This document shows positions 20,860 through 32,600 of a DNA stretch of 40,025 nucleotides, piece by piece. Numbering within the stretch: position 1 is the stretch's first letter; the number at the start of each line of letters is the position of its first letter. The position numbers were made by a program, and so were the translations under genes. Where the stretch lies: NCBI RefSeq assembly GCF_030144855.1, contig NW_026779444.1, positions 62,001 to 102,025 on the forward strand. The letters are read 5' to 3'. Below the pieces are notes generated by a model. The model saw only the letters and a program-made list of their open reading frames with translations, did no database searches and was not told the origin of the DNA. This DNA comes from Hypanus sabinus (taxonomy: Eukaryota).

Positions 20860-22225
20860 ATAGAAATTATAGACCAGTGAGTCTTACCTCAGTGGTAGGT
20901 AAGTTGATGGAAAAGATCTTGAGAAGCAGGATTTATGAATTTTCGGAAAGGTATAATATGATTAGGAGTAGTCAGCATGGCTTTGTCAAAGGCAGGTTGT
21001 GCCTTACAAGCCTGATTGAATTTTTTGAGGATGTGACTGAACACATTGATGAAGGAAGAGTAGTGGAGGTAGTGTATATGGATTTCAGCAAGGCATTTGA
21101 TAAGGTACCCCATGCAAGGTTTATTGAGAAAGTAAGGAGGCATGGGATCCAAGGGGACATTGCTTTGTGAATGGAGAATTGGCTTGCCCACAGAAGGCAA
21201 CAAGTGGTTTTAGATGGGTCATAATCTGCATGGAGGTCGGTGACGAGTGGTGTGCCTCAGAGATCTGTTCTGCGACCCCTACTCTTTGTGGTTTTTATAA
21301 ATTACCTGGATGAGGAATTGTAGGGATGGGTTAGTAAATCTGCTGTTGACAAAAAGGTTGGGGGTGTTGTGAATAGTGTGGAGGGCTGTCAGAGGTTACT
21401 GTGGGACATTGATAGGATGCAAAAATGGGCTAAGAAGTGGCAGATGGAGTTCAACCCAGTTAAGTGTGAGGTTGTTCATTTTGGTAGGTCAAATATGATG
21501 GCAGAATTTAGTATTAATTGTAAGACACTTGGCAGTGTGGAGGATCAGAAGGATCTTGATTCCATAGGACACACAAAGTTGCCACACAGGTTAAGAAGAC
21601 ATACAGTGCATTGGCCTTCATCAATCATGGGATTGAGTTTAGGAGCCGAGAGGTAATGTTGCAGCTATATAGGATCTTATCAGTCTCCACTTGGAGTACT
21701 ATACTCAGTTCTGGTCACCTCACTACAGGAAGGACGTGGAAACCATAGAAAGGGTGCAGATGAGATTTACAAGGATGCTGCCTGGATTGGGGAGCGAGCC
21801 TTATGGGAATAGGTTGAGTGAACTCGGCCTTTTCTCTTTGGAGCGACGGAGGATGTGAGGTGACCTGATAGAGGTGTACAAGATGATGAGAGACATTGAT
21901 CGTGTGGATAGTCAGAGGCTTTTCCCCAGGGCTGAAATGGTTGCCACAAGTGGACACAGGTTTAAGGTGCTTGGAAGTAGGTACAGAGGAGATGACAGGG
22001 GTAAGTTTTTTACACAGAGAGTAGTGAGTGCATGGAATGGGCTGCTGGCGATGGTCACAGAGGCTGATACGATGGGGTCTTTTAGAGACTCCTGGATAGG
22101 CACATGGAGCTTAGAAAAATAGAGGGCCATGGGTAGCCCGAGGTAAATTCTAAAGTAAGGGCGTGTTTGGCACAGCTTTGTGGGCCGAAGGGCCTGCACC
22201 CTGCTGTAGGCTTTCTATGTTTCTG
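20860..22225 (+). mobile_element. 5'-truncated CR1 LINE (family A)
   Basis: ORFs 20838..21170, 21369..21656 and 21874..22122 plus 3' tail; colinear with 11410-13756 once the nested insert is removed. Confidence 0.9.
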
Positions 22226-22244
22226 ACATAACCACTTAACATCA

Positions 22245-22690
22245 TCAGACCCAGGAGCACAACCAGGCCATTCGGCCCATCAAGTCTGCTCTGCTATTCA
22301 ATCACGGGCTGATTCAATTTTTCTGGTCATCCCCACTCCCCTGCTTTCTCCCCGTACCCTGGCTAATAAGAACCTATCTATCTCTGTCTTAATGATTCCC
22401 AATAACTTGGCTTCCACAGCTGCTCATGGCAACAAATTCCACAGATTTACCACCCTCTGACTAAAGTAATTTCTCCTCATCTCTGCTCTAAATGGATGTC
22501 CTTCATTCCTGAAGTTGTGCCCTCTTGTCCTGGACTCCCCTACCATGGGAAATAACTTTGCCATCTCTAATCTGTTCAGGCCTTTTGACATTTGGATTGT
22601 TTCTATGAGATCCCCCTCATTCTCCTGAACTCGAGGGAATACAGCCCAAGAGATGTCGGACGTTCCTCATCATTCCCTTGCATTCCCATT
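22245..22690 (-). mobile_element. CR1 LINE (family C) 3' fragment
   Basis: Reverse strand reads LGLYSLEFRRMRG... followed by a 3' UTR resembling 14161-14475. Confidence 0.8.
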
Positions 22691-22920
22691 CTGATGCTCT
22701 CAGGAGAGTGAGAGTAATGGATATAAGAATGTCTCTCTCTCTGAAGGGTGACTGCGATCTGCTGTCCCTTCTGATCAGAATGAACACTAGACTCAGCAGA
22801 CGATTGACAGTTGAGCGTCAATAACTTTTCGAGGCTGCCTGTCAGTGGGAAGGAACCATCATTTGAAAGCCATGCCAGACCGTGACCATTGCCACCAGGA
22901 GTCTGACCGTCTGCCTTGTT

Positions 22921-23226
22921 GTCACGGTGAGCACCAGCACAACTCAACCCAGGAGTGAGCGAATGGCAGATTCTGTCACAGTGAGTGTTGGCGATGACTC
23001 AACCCAGGGGCAAAGGACCGGCAGACTCCGTCATTGTGAGTGATGACGACAACTGAACACAGGAGCAGAGGAACTTTGGACTCCGTCACGGTGAGCACTG
23101 ACGACAACTGAACCCAGGAGTGAGCGAATGGCAGACTCTGTCACAGTGAGTGCTGACAATGACTCAACCCAGGAGCGGAGGAACAGCAGACTCTGTCATG
23201 GTGAACGCCGGCGTGACTGAACCCAG
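22921..23226. repeat. 54-55-bp tandem repeat, about 6 units, with a 3-unit higher-order period
   Basis: Units start gtca at 22921, 22975, 23030, 23085, 23140 and 23195; units 1/4 and 2/5 are mutually closest. Confidence 0.9.
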
Positions 23227-23299
23227 GTGCTCCCATGAAGAGACGGAAACAAGGGATTAGACATAGGAATACCAACAGAGTATCAGAGAGACGATCGAG

Positions 23300-24590
23300 T
23301 GACACTGTGAGACTAATCATTCTCCACAAACACAAGCACTCCACTCAGCACTAAATGAGAGTCCCCTTTCAGTAATCATGGAAAGCAGAAAGCCCGTGCC
23401 AGTCACAATTAATTTGACCAGATTAAACAGAAAACACAAGGCCAAGGTAACGTGCCTGAATGACTGGCATCCTGTTGCACTCACCTCAGTAATAAGCAAA
23501 TGCTTTGAGAGGCTGGTCAAGGACAACATCTGCAGCTTGCTACCACCCACACTAAACCCCATACGATTTGCCCACCGACACAACCAATCAACTGATGATT
23601 CAACAGCCACAGCTCTACACACTGTCCTTACACATCTGGAGAAGAAGGATGCTTATGTGAGAATGCTGTTCTTTGATTACAGTTCAGCATTCAACACAGT
23701 AATCCCGCCCATCCCTCCACCAGGCTCGACAAGAAGCCTAGAGACCTCGGCCTTCACCCTGCCTTGTGCAGCTGGATCCTGGACTTCCTGTCAGATTGCC
23801 AGCAGGTGATAAGAGTGGGCTCCCTCAACTCTGTCCCTCTGACCCTCAACACAGGTGCCCCTCAGAGCTGTGTACTAAGTCCCCTCCTTTATTCTGTGTA
23901 CCCATGACTGTGTCACTACCCACAGCTCCAATCTGCTAATTAGATTCACTGAGACACGACATTGATGGCCTCATCTCAAGCAGCTTTAAGTTCCTCAGCA
24001 TAAACATCACCAAGCATTTCACGTGGTCTGTACATACTGGCTGTGTGGTGGAAAAGGCACAACAGTACCTCTTTCACCTGAGACAGTTGATGAAGTTTGG
24101 TATGGGCCCCCAAATCCTAAGAACTTTCCACAGGGGCACAATTGAGAGCATCCTGACTGGCCGCATCACTGCCTGGTATGGGAACTGTACCTCCTTTAAT
24201 TGCAGGACTCTGCAGGGAGTGGTGCGGATGGCCCAGTGCATCTGTAGATGTGAACTTCCCACTATTCAGGACATTTACAAAGACAGGTGTGTAAAAAGGG
24301 CCCGAAAGATCATTGGAGACCCGAGTCATCCCAACCACAAACTGTTCAAACTGCTACCATCCAGGAAATGATACCACAGCATTAAAGTCAGGTCCAAAAG
24401 GCTCTGGGACAGCTTCTTCCACCAGGCCATCAGACTGATTAATTCATGCTGATACAATTGTATTTCTATATGATATTGACTGTCCAATCTACTTACTATT
24501 TATTATAAATTACTATAAATTGCACATTTCAATGGAGACATAATGTAAAGATTTTTAGTTCTCATGTAATCAAGTCAATTCAGTTAAGGA
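23300..24590 (+). mobile_element. Rex1/Babar-type LINE, RT to 3' end, decayed
   Basis: VTCLNDWHPVALTSVISKCFERLV, YVRMLFFDYSSAFNT and TIESILTGRITAWYGN. Confidence 0.85.
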
Positions 24591-24849
24591 CTCTCATTAT
24601 GGCAACAATCAGCAAATACAGGTGCTGAAGAAACGGAGACACCCAGCACTCTACGGCTCCCCACAGAGCTTTGCAGGACATATTCAGTCGCATTACCACT
24701 TTGGGACCCTCATACCTTGGGAAGAGGTTACCACCGAGCAGGCACTCATCTGGACTAGTTCTGTAAGCACCAAGCAAGCCAGAGGCTGTGTCTCTGGGGG
24801 AAGCAGCCCACCTCCTGATACCCCAATGCATTTCCACCTCTGCAAGGCA

Positions 24850-25030
24850 CGAGGCATCGGCCGAGCCACACTTGGAGTATGGTCAGCAGTTTTGGACTCC
24901 ATATCTAAGGAAGCGTGTGCTACATTGGAGCAGGTCCAGAGATTACAGGGAGAAGGCAGGAGAATGGGGCTTCAGAGGGAAAATAAATTGGCCTTGATGG
25001 AATGGCGGAGCAGAGAGTATGGTCTACTAT
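24850..25030 (+). mobile_element. Short CR1 fragment
   Basis: PHLEYGQQFWTPYLRK joined to 3'-UTR-like gcaggagaatggg...gaatggcggagc. Confidence 0.6.
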
Positions 25031-25963
25031 GTTCACTTCAGTTTCTCACCCATAAATCCAAGAGAGAACCTGTTCCCTTTTGAACCAAGATGCATAGTGT
25101 GATAAAGCTGGCCAGAAGTTAGAAGGGGAGGGGTTAAGATTGTTTCGACCCTAAATCTGTAATAGTAAAGGCATTCAACAGAGTATTGGATTGGCAGGAG
25201 ATAACGTCCAGGACCATGGGATAAGAGAAGGATCAATGGGATGATAGAATTGTCCTCCTAAGAGCTAGTATGGATTTGACGGGCTGAATCTCCTGCTGTA
25301 TGCTATCAGTGCTGCCCTCCAGTGTTCACTTGATGAAGACAAATGGGATTGCATTGGTCTGCATCTGCACTGGTGCACAAGCGTGAGATGAGGAACTGCT
25401 ACGTGCTTATTCTTACAGAAACATGGCTCCAGGACAGCATCCCATGCTACATCAATCTTCAGGCTTAACACTGAGGGACTTGTGCTGATATTAATTTGTG
25501 TTGTGTGTATGTTTTTTTTTGCTATTGTAACAACAGTATATGTGCTGTGTGTTTGCTATGTGTAGTGTGTGACGGTTGATGACTGTATTTTACACCTTGG
25601 CCCCAAAGGTTTCATTTGGCTGTATACATGTGTGTGGTTGAATGACAATTAAACCTGAATTTGACTGTGGTTCTCTGATTTGTGTTACAGTGCAAGACAG
25701 CAGCCCGTTGTATGATGAGATTGCCCCAAGCAGCAACAACAATGGTAAATGCCAGCACCTTACTGGTTGAGAGTTTTGACCTCGTTTGTAGCAACAAGAG
25801 TGTTGGGAACTGGAATTACACACAATCTGGTAGAGAAATTCAGCGGGTTGAACTGTTGTGTGGGGGAGAAATAAATTATCAATGGTTTGCAAGGTCTCAA
25901 TCTGAAATGTCAACAATTCTGTTCCTTTGTGTTGCTGAATTCCTGCTAACATTTGGACAATAG

Positions 25964-28212
25964 ACAATAGGTGCAGAAGTAGACCATTCAGCCCTTTGAA
26001 CCTGCACCGCCATTTTGAGATCATGGCTGATCAACTACTATCAATACCCGGTTCTTGCCTTGTCCCCATATCCCTTGATACCCCTATCCATAAGATACCT
26101 ATCTAGCTCCTTCTTGAAAGCATCCAGAGAATTGGCCTCCACTACCTTCCGAGGCAGTGCATTCCAGACCCCCATAACTCTCTGGGAGAAGAAGTTTTTC
26201 CTTAACTCTGTCCTAAATGACCTACCCCTTATTCTCAAACCATGCCCTCTGGTACTGGACTTTCCCAGCATCTGGAACATATTTTCTCCCTCTATCTTGT
26301 CCAATCCCTTAATAATCTTATATGCTGCAGTCAGATCCCCTCTCAATCTCCTTAATTCCAGGGTATACAAGCCCAGTCTCTCTAACCTCTCTGCGTAAGA
26401 CAGTCCAGACATCCCAGGAATTAACCTCGTGAATCTACGCTGCACTTCCTCTATAGCCAGGATGTCCTTCCTTAACCCTGGAGACCAAAACTGTAGACAA
26501 TACTCCAGGTGTGGTCTCACCAGGGCTCTGTACAAATGCAAGAGGATTTCCTTGCTCTTGTACTCCACTCCCTTTGTAATAAAGGCCAACATTCCATTAG
26601 CCTTCTTCACTGCCTGCTGCACTTGCTCATTCACCTTCAGTGACTGATGAACAAGGACTGCTAGATCTCTTTGTATTTCTCCCTTACCTAACTCTACACT
26701 GTTCAGATAATAATCTGCCTTCCTGTTCTTACTCCCAAAGTGGATAACCTCCCACTTATTCACATTAAACGTCATCTGCCAAGTATCTGCCCACTCACCT
26801 AGTCTAACCAAGTCACCCTGAATTCTCCTAACATCCTCATCATATGTCACACTGCCACTCAGCTTAGTATCATCAGCAAGTTTGCTGATGTTATTCTCAA
26901 TGCCTTCATCTAAATCATAAACAGATGTGGTCCCAATACCGAGCCCTGTGTCACCCCACTAGTCACCACCTGCCATTCCAAGAAACACCCATTCACTGCT
27001 ACCCTTTGCTTTCTATCTGTCAACCAGTTTTCTATCCATGTCAATATCTTCCCCCCAATGCCATGAGCTCTGATTTTACCCACCAATCTTCTATGTGGGA
27101 CCTTATCAAATGCCTTTTGAAAATCGAGGTACACTACATCCACTGGAACTCCCCAGCCTAACTTCCTGGTTACATCCTCGAAAAACTCCAACAGATTAGT
27201 CAAGCATGATTTACCCTTGGTAAATCCATGCTGGCGCGGCCCAATCCTATCACTGCTATCTAGATATGCCACTATTTCATCCTTAATAAAGGACTCTAGC
27301 ATCTTCCCCACCACCGATGTCAGGCTGACAGGTCGATAGCTCTCTGTTTTCTCCCTCTCTCCTTTCTTAAAAAGTGGGATAATATTAGGCATTCTCCAAT
27401 CCTCAGGAACTGATCCTGAATCTCAGGAACAATGGAAAATGATTACCAATGCATCCACAATTTCCAGGGCCACCTCCTTTAGTACCCTAGGATGCAGACC
27501 ATCTGGACCTGGGGATTTGTCAGCCTTCAGTCCCATCAGTCTTCTCATCACTGTTTCCTTCCTAATGTCAATCTGTTTCATTTCCTCTGTTACCCTATGT
27601 CCTTGGCCCATCCATACATCTAGGAGATTGCTTGTGTCTTCCTTAATGAAAACAGATTAAAGTACTCATTAAATTCTTCTGCCATTTCTCTGTTTCCCAT
27701 AACAATTTCACCCAATTCATTCTTCAAGGGCACAACATTGTTCTTAACTATCTTCTTTCTCTTCACATACCTAAAAAAGCTTTTGCTATCTTCCTTTATA
27801 TTCCTGGCTAGCTTGCGTTCGTACCTCATTTTTTCTCCCCGTATTGTCTTTTTAGTTAAGTTCTGTTGTTCCTTAAAAACTTCCCAATCATCTGTCCTCC
27901 CACTCACCTTAGCTCTGTCATACTTCCTTTTTTTTAATGCTATGCAACCTCTGACTTCCTTTGTCAACCATTGTGGCCCCTTTCCCCCCTTTGAATCCTT
28001 CCTTCTCTGGGGGATGAACTGATTTTGCACCTAGTGCATTATTCCCAAGAATACCTGCCATTGCTGTTCCACTGTCTTTTCTGCTAGGCTATCCTTCCAG
28101 TCAACTTTGGCCAGCTCCTCCCTCATGGCTCCATAGTTTCCCCTGTTCAACTGCAACACTGACACCTCTGAGCTGCCCTTATCCTTCTCAAATTGCAGAT
28201 AAAAACTTATCA
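25964..28212 (-). mobile_element. CR1 LINE (family B), decayed, within duplication copy 1
   Basis: 269-aa ORF2 C-terminus (26041..26850), RT fragment 26910..27392 and upstream fragments; tail aatagacaatag. Confidence 0.92.
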
Positions 28213-28874
28213 AAGTTCAAAGTAAATTCATTATCAAAGTACACATCTGTCACCATATACAACCCTAAGATCCATTTTCCTGCAGGCATACTCAATAAAT
28301 CAAATAACAATAATAGAATCAATGAAAGACCACACCAGCAAGGCAAACAACCAGTGTGTAAAGACAACAGGCTGTACAAATACAAAATGAAAGAAATAAT
28401 TATAGTAAATAAATAAGCAATATGTATCAAGAACACAAGATGAAGAGACCTTGAAAGTGAGTCAGTAGGTTGTGGGAATGGTTCAGTGATAGGGTGAGTG
28501 AAGTCATTCCCTTTCATTTTGTGTCTCTCTAACTTGTGTTCAGACTTGTTGGACAAAAGCGATTGTGCTGAGGTGCCATCCTGTAGAGTTCTGAACTGTC
28601 TCAGCTGAGCCTCTCTGCCCCAGTCCAGAGTGGAATGTTCCTGTGACATGGGGCAGTGTGTTTCCCACTGAACCCAGCACAAGTTCACCATAGTGTGGGC
28701 ACAGTCTGTCCTCCAGGAGATCAGGAGCGATCACTGCCTGCTGAGGAGGTTCTACATTAGTGGGTGGTGGAAGGGCTGGTGTGGGAGAAAGTTTGGCCAC
28801 AATATGGAAGGAGGGTGGAGAGTTTTTGATAAACACAAGAGATTCTGCAGATGCTGGAAGTCCAGAGGAACACA

Positions 28875-29680
28875 CACAAAATGCTGGAGAACACAGATGC
28901 CCCTCAGGGCTGTGTACTACGTCCCCTTCTTTACCCTCTGTATACCCATGACTGTGTCGTCACCCACAGCTCCAATCTGTAATTAAATTTGCTGATGACA
29001 CTACTCTGATTATCTCAAATAATAATGAGTTAGCCTACAGAGAGGAAGTCATCACCCTGACACAGTGGTGTCAAGAAAACAACCTCTCCCTCAACGTCAC
29101 AAAAACAAAGGAGCTGGTTGTGGACTACAGGAGGAATGGAGACGGGCTCAACCCTATTGACATCAATGAATCTGGGGTTGAGAGAGTGAACAGATTTAAT
29201 TTCCTCAGCATAAACATCACCAAGCATCTCACGTGGTCTGTACATACTGGCTGTGTGGTGAAAAAGGCACAACAGCACCTCTTTCACCTCAGACAGTTGA
29301 TGAAGTTTGGGATGGGACCACAAATCCTAAGAACTTTCTACAGGGGCACAATTGAGAGCATCCTGACTGACTTTATCACTGCCTGGTATGGGAACTGTAC
29401 CTTCCTCAATCACAGGACTCTGCAGAGAGTGGTGCAGACATCCCAGCGCATCTGTACAAAGGACACGAAGGATCATTGGAGACTCGAATCAACCCAACCA
29501 CAAACTGTTCCAGCTACTACCATCCAGGAAATGGTACCACAGCATAAAAGCCAGGACCAACAGGCTCCGGGACAGCTTCTTCCACCAGGCCTCAGACTGA
29601 TTAATTCATGCTGATACAATTGTATTTCTATATGATATTGACTGGCCGGTTCTACTTACTATAATTACTTGAAATTGCAC
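28875..29680 (+). mobile_element. Rex1-type LINE 3' part
   Basis: KFADDTTL, KTKELVVDYRR and TIESILTDFITAWYGN. Confidence 0.85.
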
Positions 29681-29681
29681 A

Positions 29682-32600
29682 GTCTGTGGCTGTTGATGAC
29701 TGAATTTTACACTTTGGCCCCAGAGGAACGCTGTTTCATTTGGCTGTATACTTGTGTAGTTGAATGACAATTGAACCTGAATTTGAACTTGATTCTCTGA
29801 TTTGTGTTACAGTGCAAGACAGCATCCTGTTGTATGACAACATTGCCCTGAGAAGCAACAACGAAGGTAAATGCCAGCACCTTACTGGTTGAGAGTTTTG
29901 ACCTTGTTTGTAGCAACAAGAGTGTTGGAACTGGAGTGACACACAATCTGGTAGAGAAATTCAGCGGTTTGAACTGTGCCTGTGGGGGAGAAATAAATTA
30001 TCAATGGTTTGCAAGGTCTCAATCCAAAATGTCAACAATTCTGTTCCTTTGTGTTGCTGAATTCCTGCTAACATTTGGACAATAGACAATAGGTGCAGAA
30101 GTAGACCGTTCAGACCTTTGAACCTGCACCGCCATTTTGAGATCATGGCTGATCAACTACTATCAATACCCGGTTCTTGCCTTGTCCCCATATCCCTTGA
30201 TACCCCTATCCATAAGATACCTATCTAGCTCCTTCTTGAAAGCATCCAGAGAATTGGCCTCCACTACCTTCCGAGGCAGTGCATTCCAGACCCCCACAAC
30301 TCTCTGGGAGAAGAAGTTTTTCCTTAACTCTGTCCTAAATGACCTACCCCTTATTCTCAAACCATGCCCTCTGGTACTGGACTTTCCCAGCATCTGGAAC
30401 ATATTTTCTCCCTCTATCTTGTCCAATCCCTTAATAATCTTATATGCTGCAGTCAGATCCCCTCTCAATCTCCTTAATTCCAGGGTATACAAGCCCAGTC
30501 TCTCTAACCTCTCTGCGTAAGACAGTCCAGACATCCCAGGAATTAACCTCGTGAATCTACGCTGCACTTCCTCTATAGCCAGGATGTCCTTCCTTAACCC
30601 TGGAGACCAAAACTGTAGACAATACTCCAGGTGTGGTCTCACCAGGGCTCTGTACAAATGCAAGAGGATTTCCTTGCTCTTGTACTCCACTCCCTTTGTA
30701 ATAAAGGCCAACATTCCATTAGCCTTCTTCACTGCCTGCTGCACTTGCTCATTCACCTTCAGTGACTGATGAACAAGGACTCCTAGATCTCTTTGTATTT
30801 CTCCCTTACCTAACTCTACACTGTTCAGATAATAATCTGCCTTCCTGTTCTTACTCCCAAAGTGGATAACTTCCCACTTATTCACATTAAACGTCATCTG
30901 CCAAGTATCTGCCCACTCACCTAGTCTAACCAAGTCACCCTGAATTCTCCTAACATCCTCATCACATGTCACACTGCCACTCAGCTTAGTATCATCAGCA
31001 AGTTTGCTGATGTTATTCTCAATGCCTTCATCTAAATCATAAACAGATGTGGTCCCAATACCGAGCCCTGTGGCACCCCACTAGTCACCACCTGCCATTC
31101 CAAGAAACACCCATTCACTGCTACCCTTTGCTTTCTATCTGTCAACCAGTTTTCTATCCATGTCAATATCTTCCCCCCAATGCCATGAGCTCTGATTTTA
31201 CCCACCAATCTTCTATGTGGGACCTTATCAAATGCCTTCTGAAAATCGAGGTACACTACATCCACTGGAACTCCCCAGCCTAACTTCCTGGTTACATCCT
31301 CGAAAAACTCCAACAGATTAGTCAAGCATGATTTACCCTTGGTAAATCCATGCTGGCTCGGCCCAACCCTATCACTGCTATCTAGATATGCCACTATTTC
31401 ATCCTTAATGAAGGACTCTAGCATCTTCCCCACCACCGATGTCAGGCTGACAGGTCGATAGCTCTCTGTTTTCTCCCTCTCTCCTTTCTTAAAAAGTGGG
31501 ATAATATTAGGCATTCTCCAATCCTCAGGAACTGATCCTGAATCTCAGGAACAATGGAAAATGATTACCAATGCATCCACAATTTCCAGGGCCACCTCCT
31601 TTAGTACCCTAGGATGCAGACCATCTGGACCTGGGGATTTGTCAGCCTTCAGTCCCATCAGTCTTCTCATCACTGTTTCCTTCCTAATGTCAATCTGTTT
31701 CATTTCCTCTGTTACCCTATGTCCTTGGCCCATCCATACATCTAGGAGATTGCTTGTGTCTTCCTTAATGAAAACAGATTAAAGTACTCATTAAATTCTT
31801 CTGCCATTTCTCTGTTTCCCATAACAATTTCACCCAATTCATTCTTCAAGGGCACAACATTGTTCTTAACTATCTTCTTTCTCTTCACATACCTAAAAAA
31901 GCTTTTGCTATCTTCCTTTATATTCCTGGCTAGCTTGCGTTCGTACCTCATTTTTTCTCCCCGTATTGTCTTTTTAGTTAAGTTCTGTTGTTCCTTAAAA
32001 ACTTCCCAATCATCTGTCCTCCCACTCACCTTAGCTCTGTCATACTTCCTTTTTTTTAATGCTATGCAACCTCTGACTTCCTTTGTCAACCATTGTGGCC
32101 CCTTTCCCCCCTTTGAATCCTTCCTTCTCTGGGGGATGAACTGATTTTGCACCTAGTGCATTATTCCCAAGAATACCTGCCATTGCTGTTCCACTGTCTT
32201 TTCTGCTAGGCTATCCTTCCAGTCAACTTTGGCCAGCTCCTCCCTCATGGCTCCATAGTTTCCCCTGTTCAACTGCAACACTGACACCTCTGAGCTGCCC
32301 TTATCCTTCTCAAATTGCAGATAAAAACTTATCAAAGTTCAAAGTAAATTCATTATCAAGGTACACATCTGTCACCATATACAACCCTAAGATCCATTTT
32401 CCTGCGGGCATACTCAATAAATCAAATAACAATAATAGAATCAATGAAAGACCACACCAGCAAGGCAAACAACCAGTGTGTAAAGACAACAGGCTGTACA
32501 AATACAAAATGAAAGAAATAATTATAGTAAATAAATAAGCAATAAGTATCAAGAACACAAGATGAAGAGACCTTGAAAGTGAGTCAGTAGGTTGTGGGAA

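Larger units (their letters stand above)
25565..29681. repeat. Tandem segmental duplication, copy 1 (about 4.12 kb)
   Basis: ORF pairs recur at a constant offset of 4122 (26015/30137, 26910/31032, 28188/32310). Confidence 0.95.

Noticed and set aside
20585-22225. Twin-priming inversion of a single CR1
   Set aside because: Both the inverted and the forward piece carry their own 3' ends and differ in sequence, so they are two insertions lying 5' to 5'.
22704-22747. Candidate exon ESESNGYKNVSLSE (YKNV motif) with ctctcag acceptor and gtgact donor
   Set aside because: The Tyr-containing frame needs phase 0 in and phase 2 out, which fits no neighbouring exon in the model, and the acceptor overlaps the end of a CR1 fragment. 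RNA-seq could revive it.
22921-23226. Regularly spaced repeats as a CRISPR-like array
   Set aside because: Whole units are homologous with no unique spacers, there are no cas genes, and the DNA is vertebrate.
24616-25083. 153-aa ORF 24622..25083 as an additional exon or gene
   Set aside because: No polypyrimidine tract precedes the AG, there is no recognisable domain, and its 3' half is CR1-derived.
26041-30972. Two 269-aa ORFs as duplicated host genes
   Set aside because: They are CR1 ORF2 C-termini inside decayed, duplicated LINE copies with upstream frameshifts.
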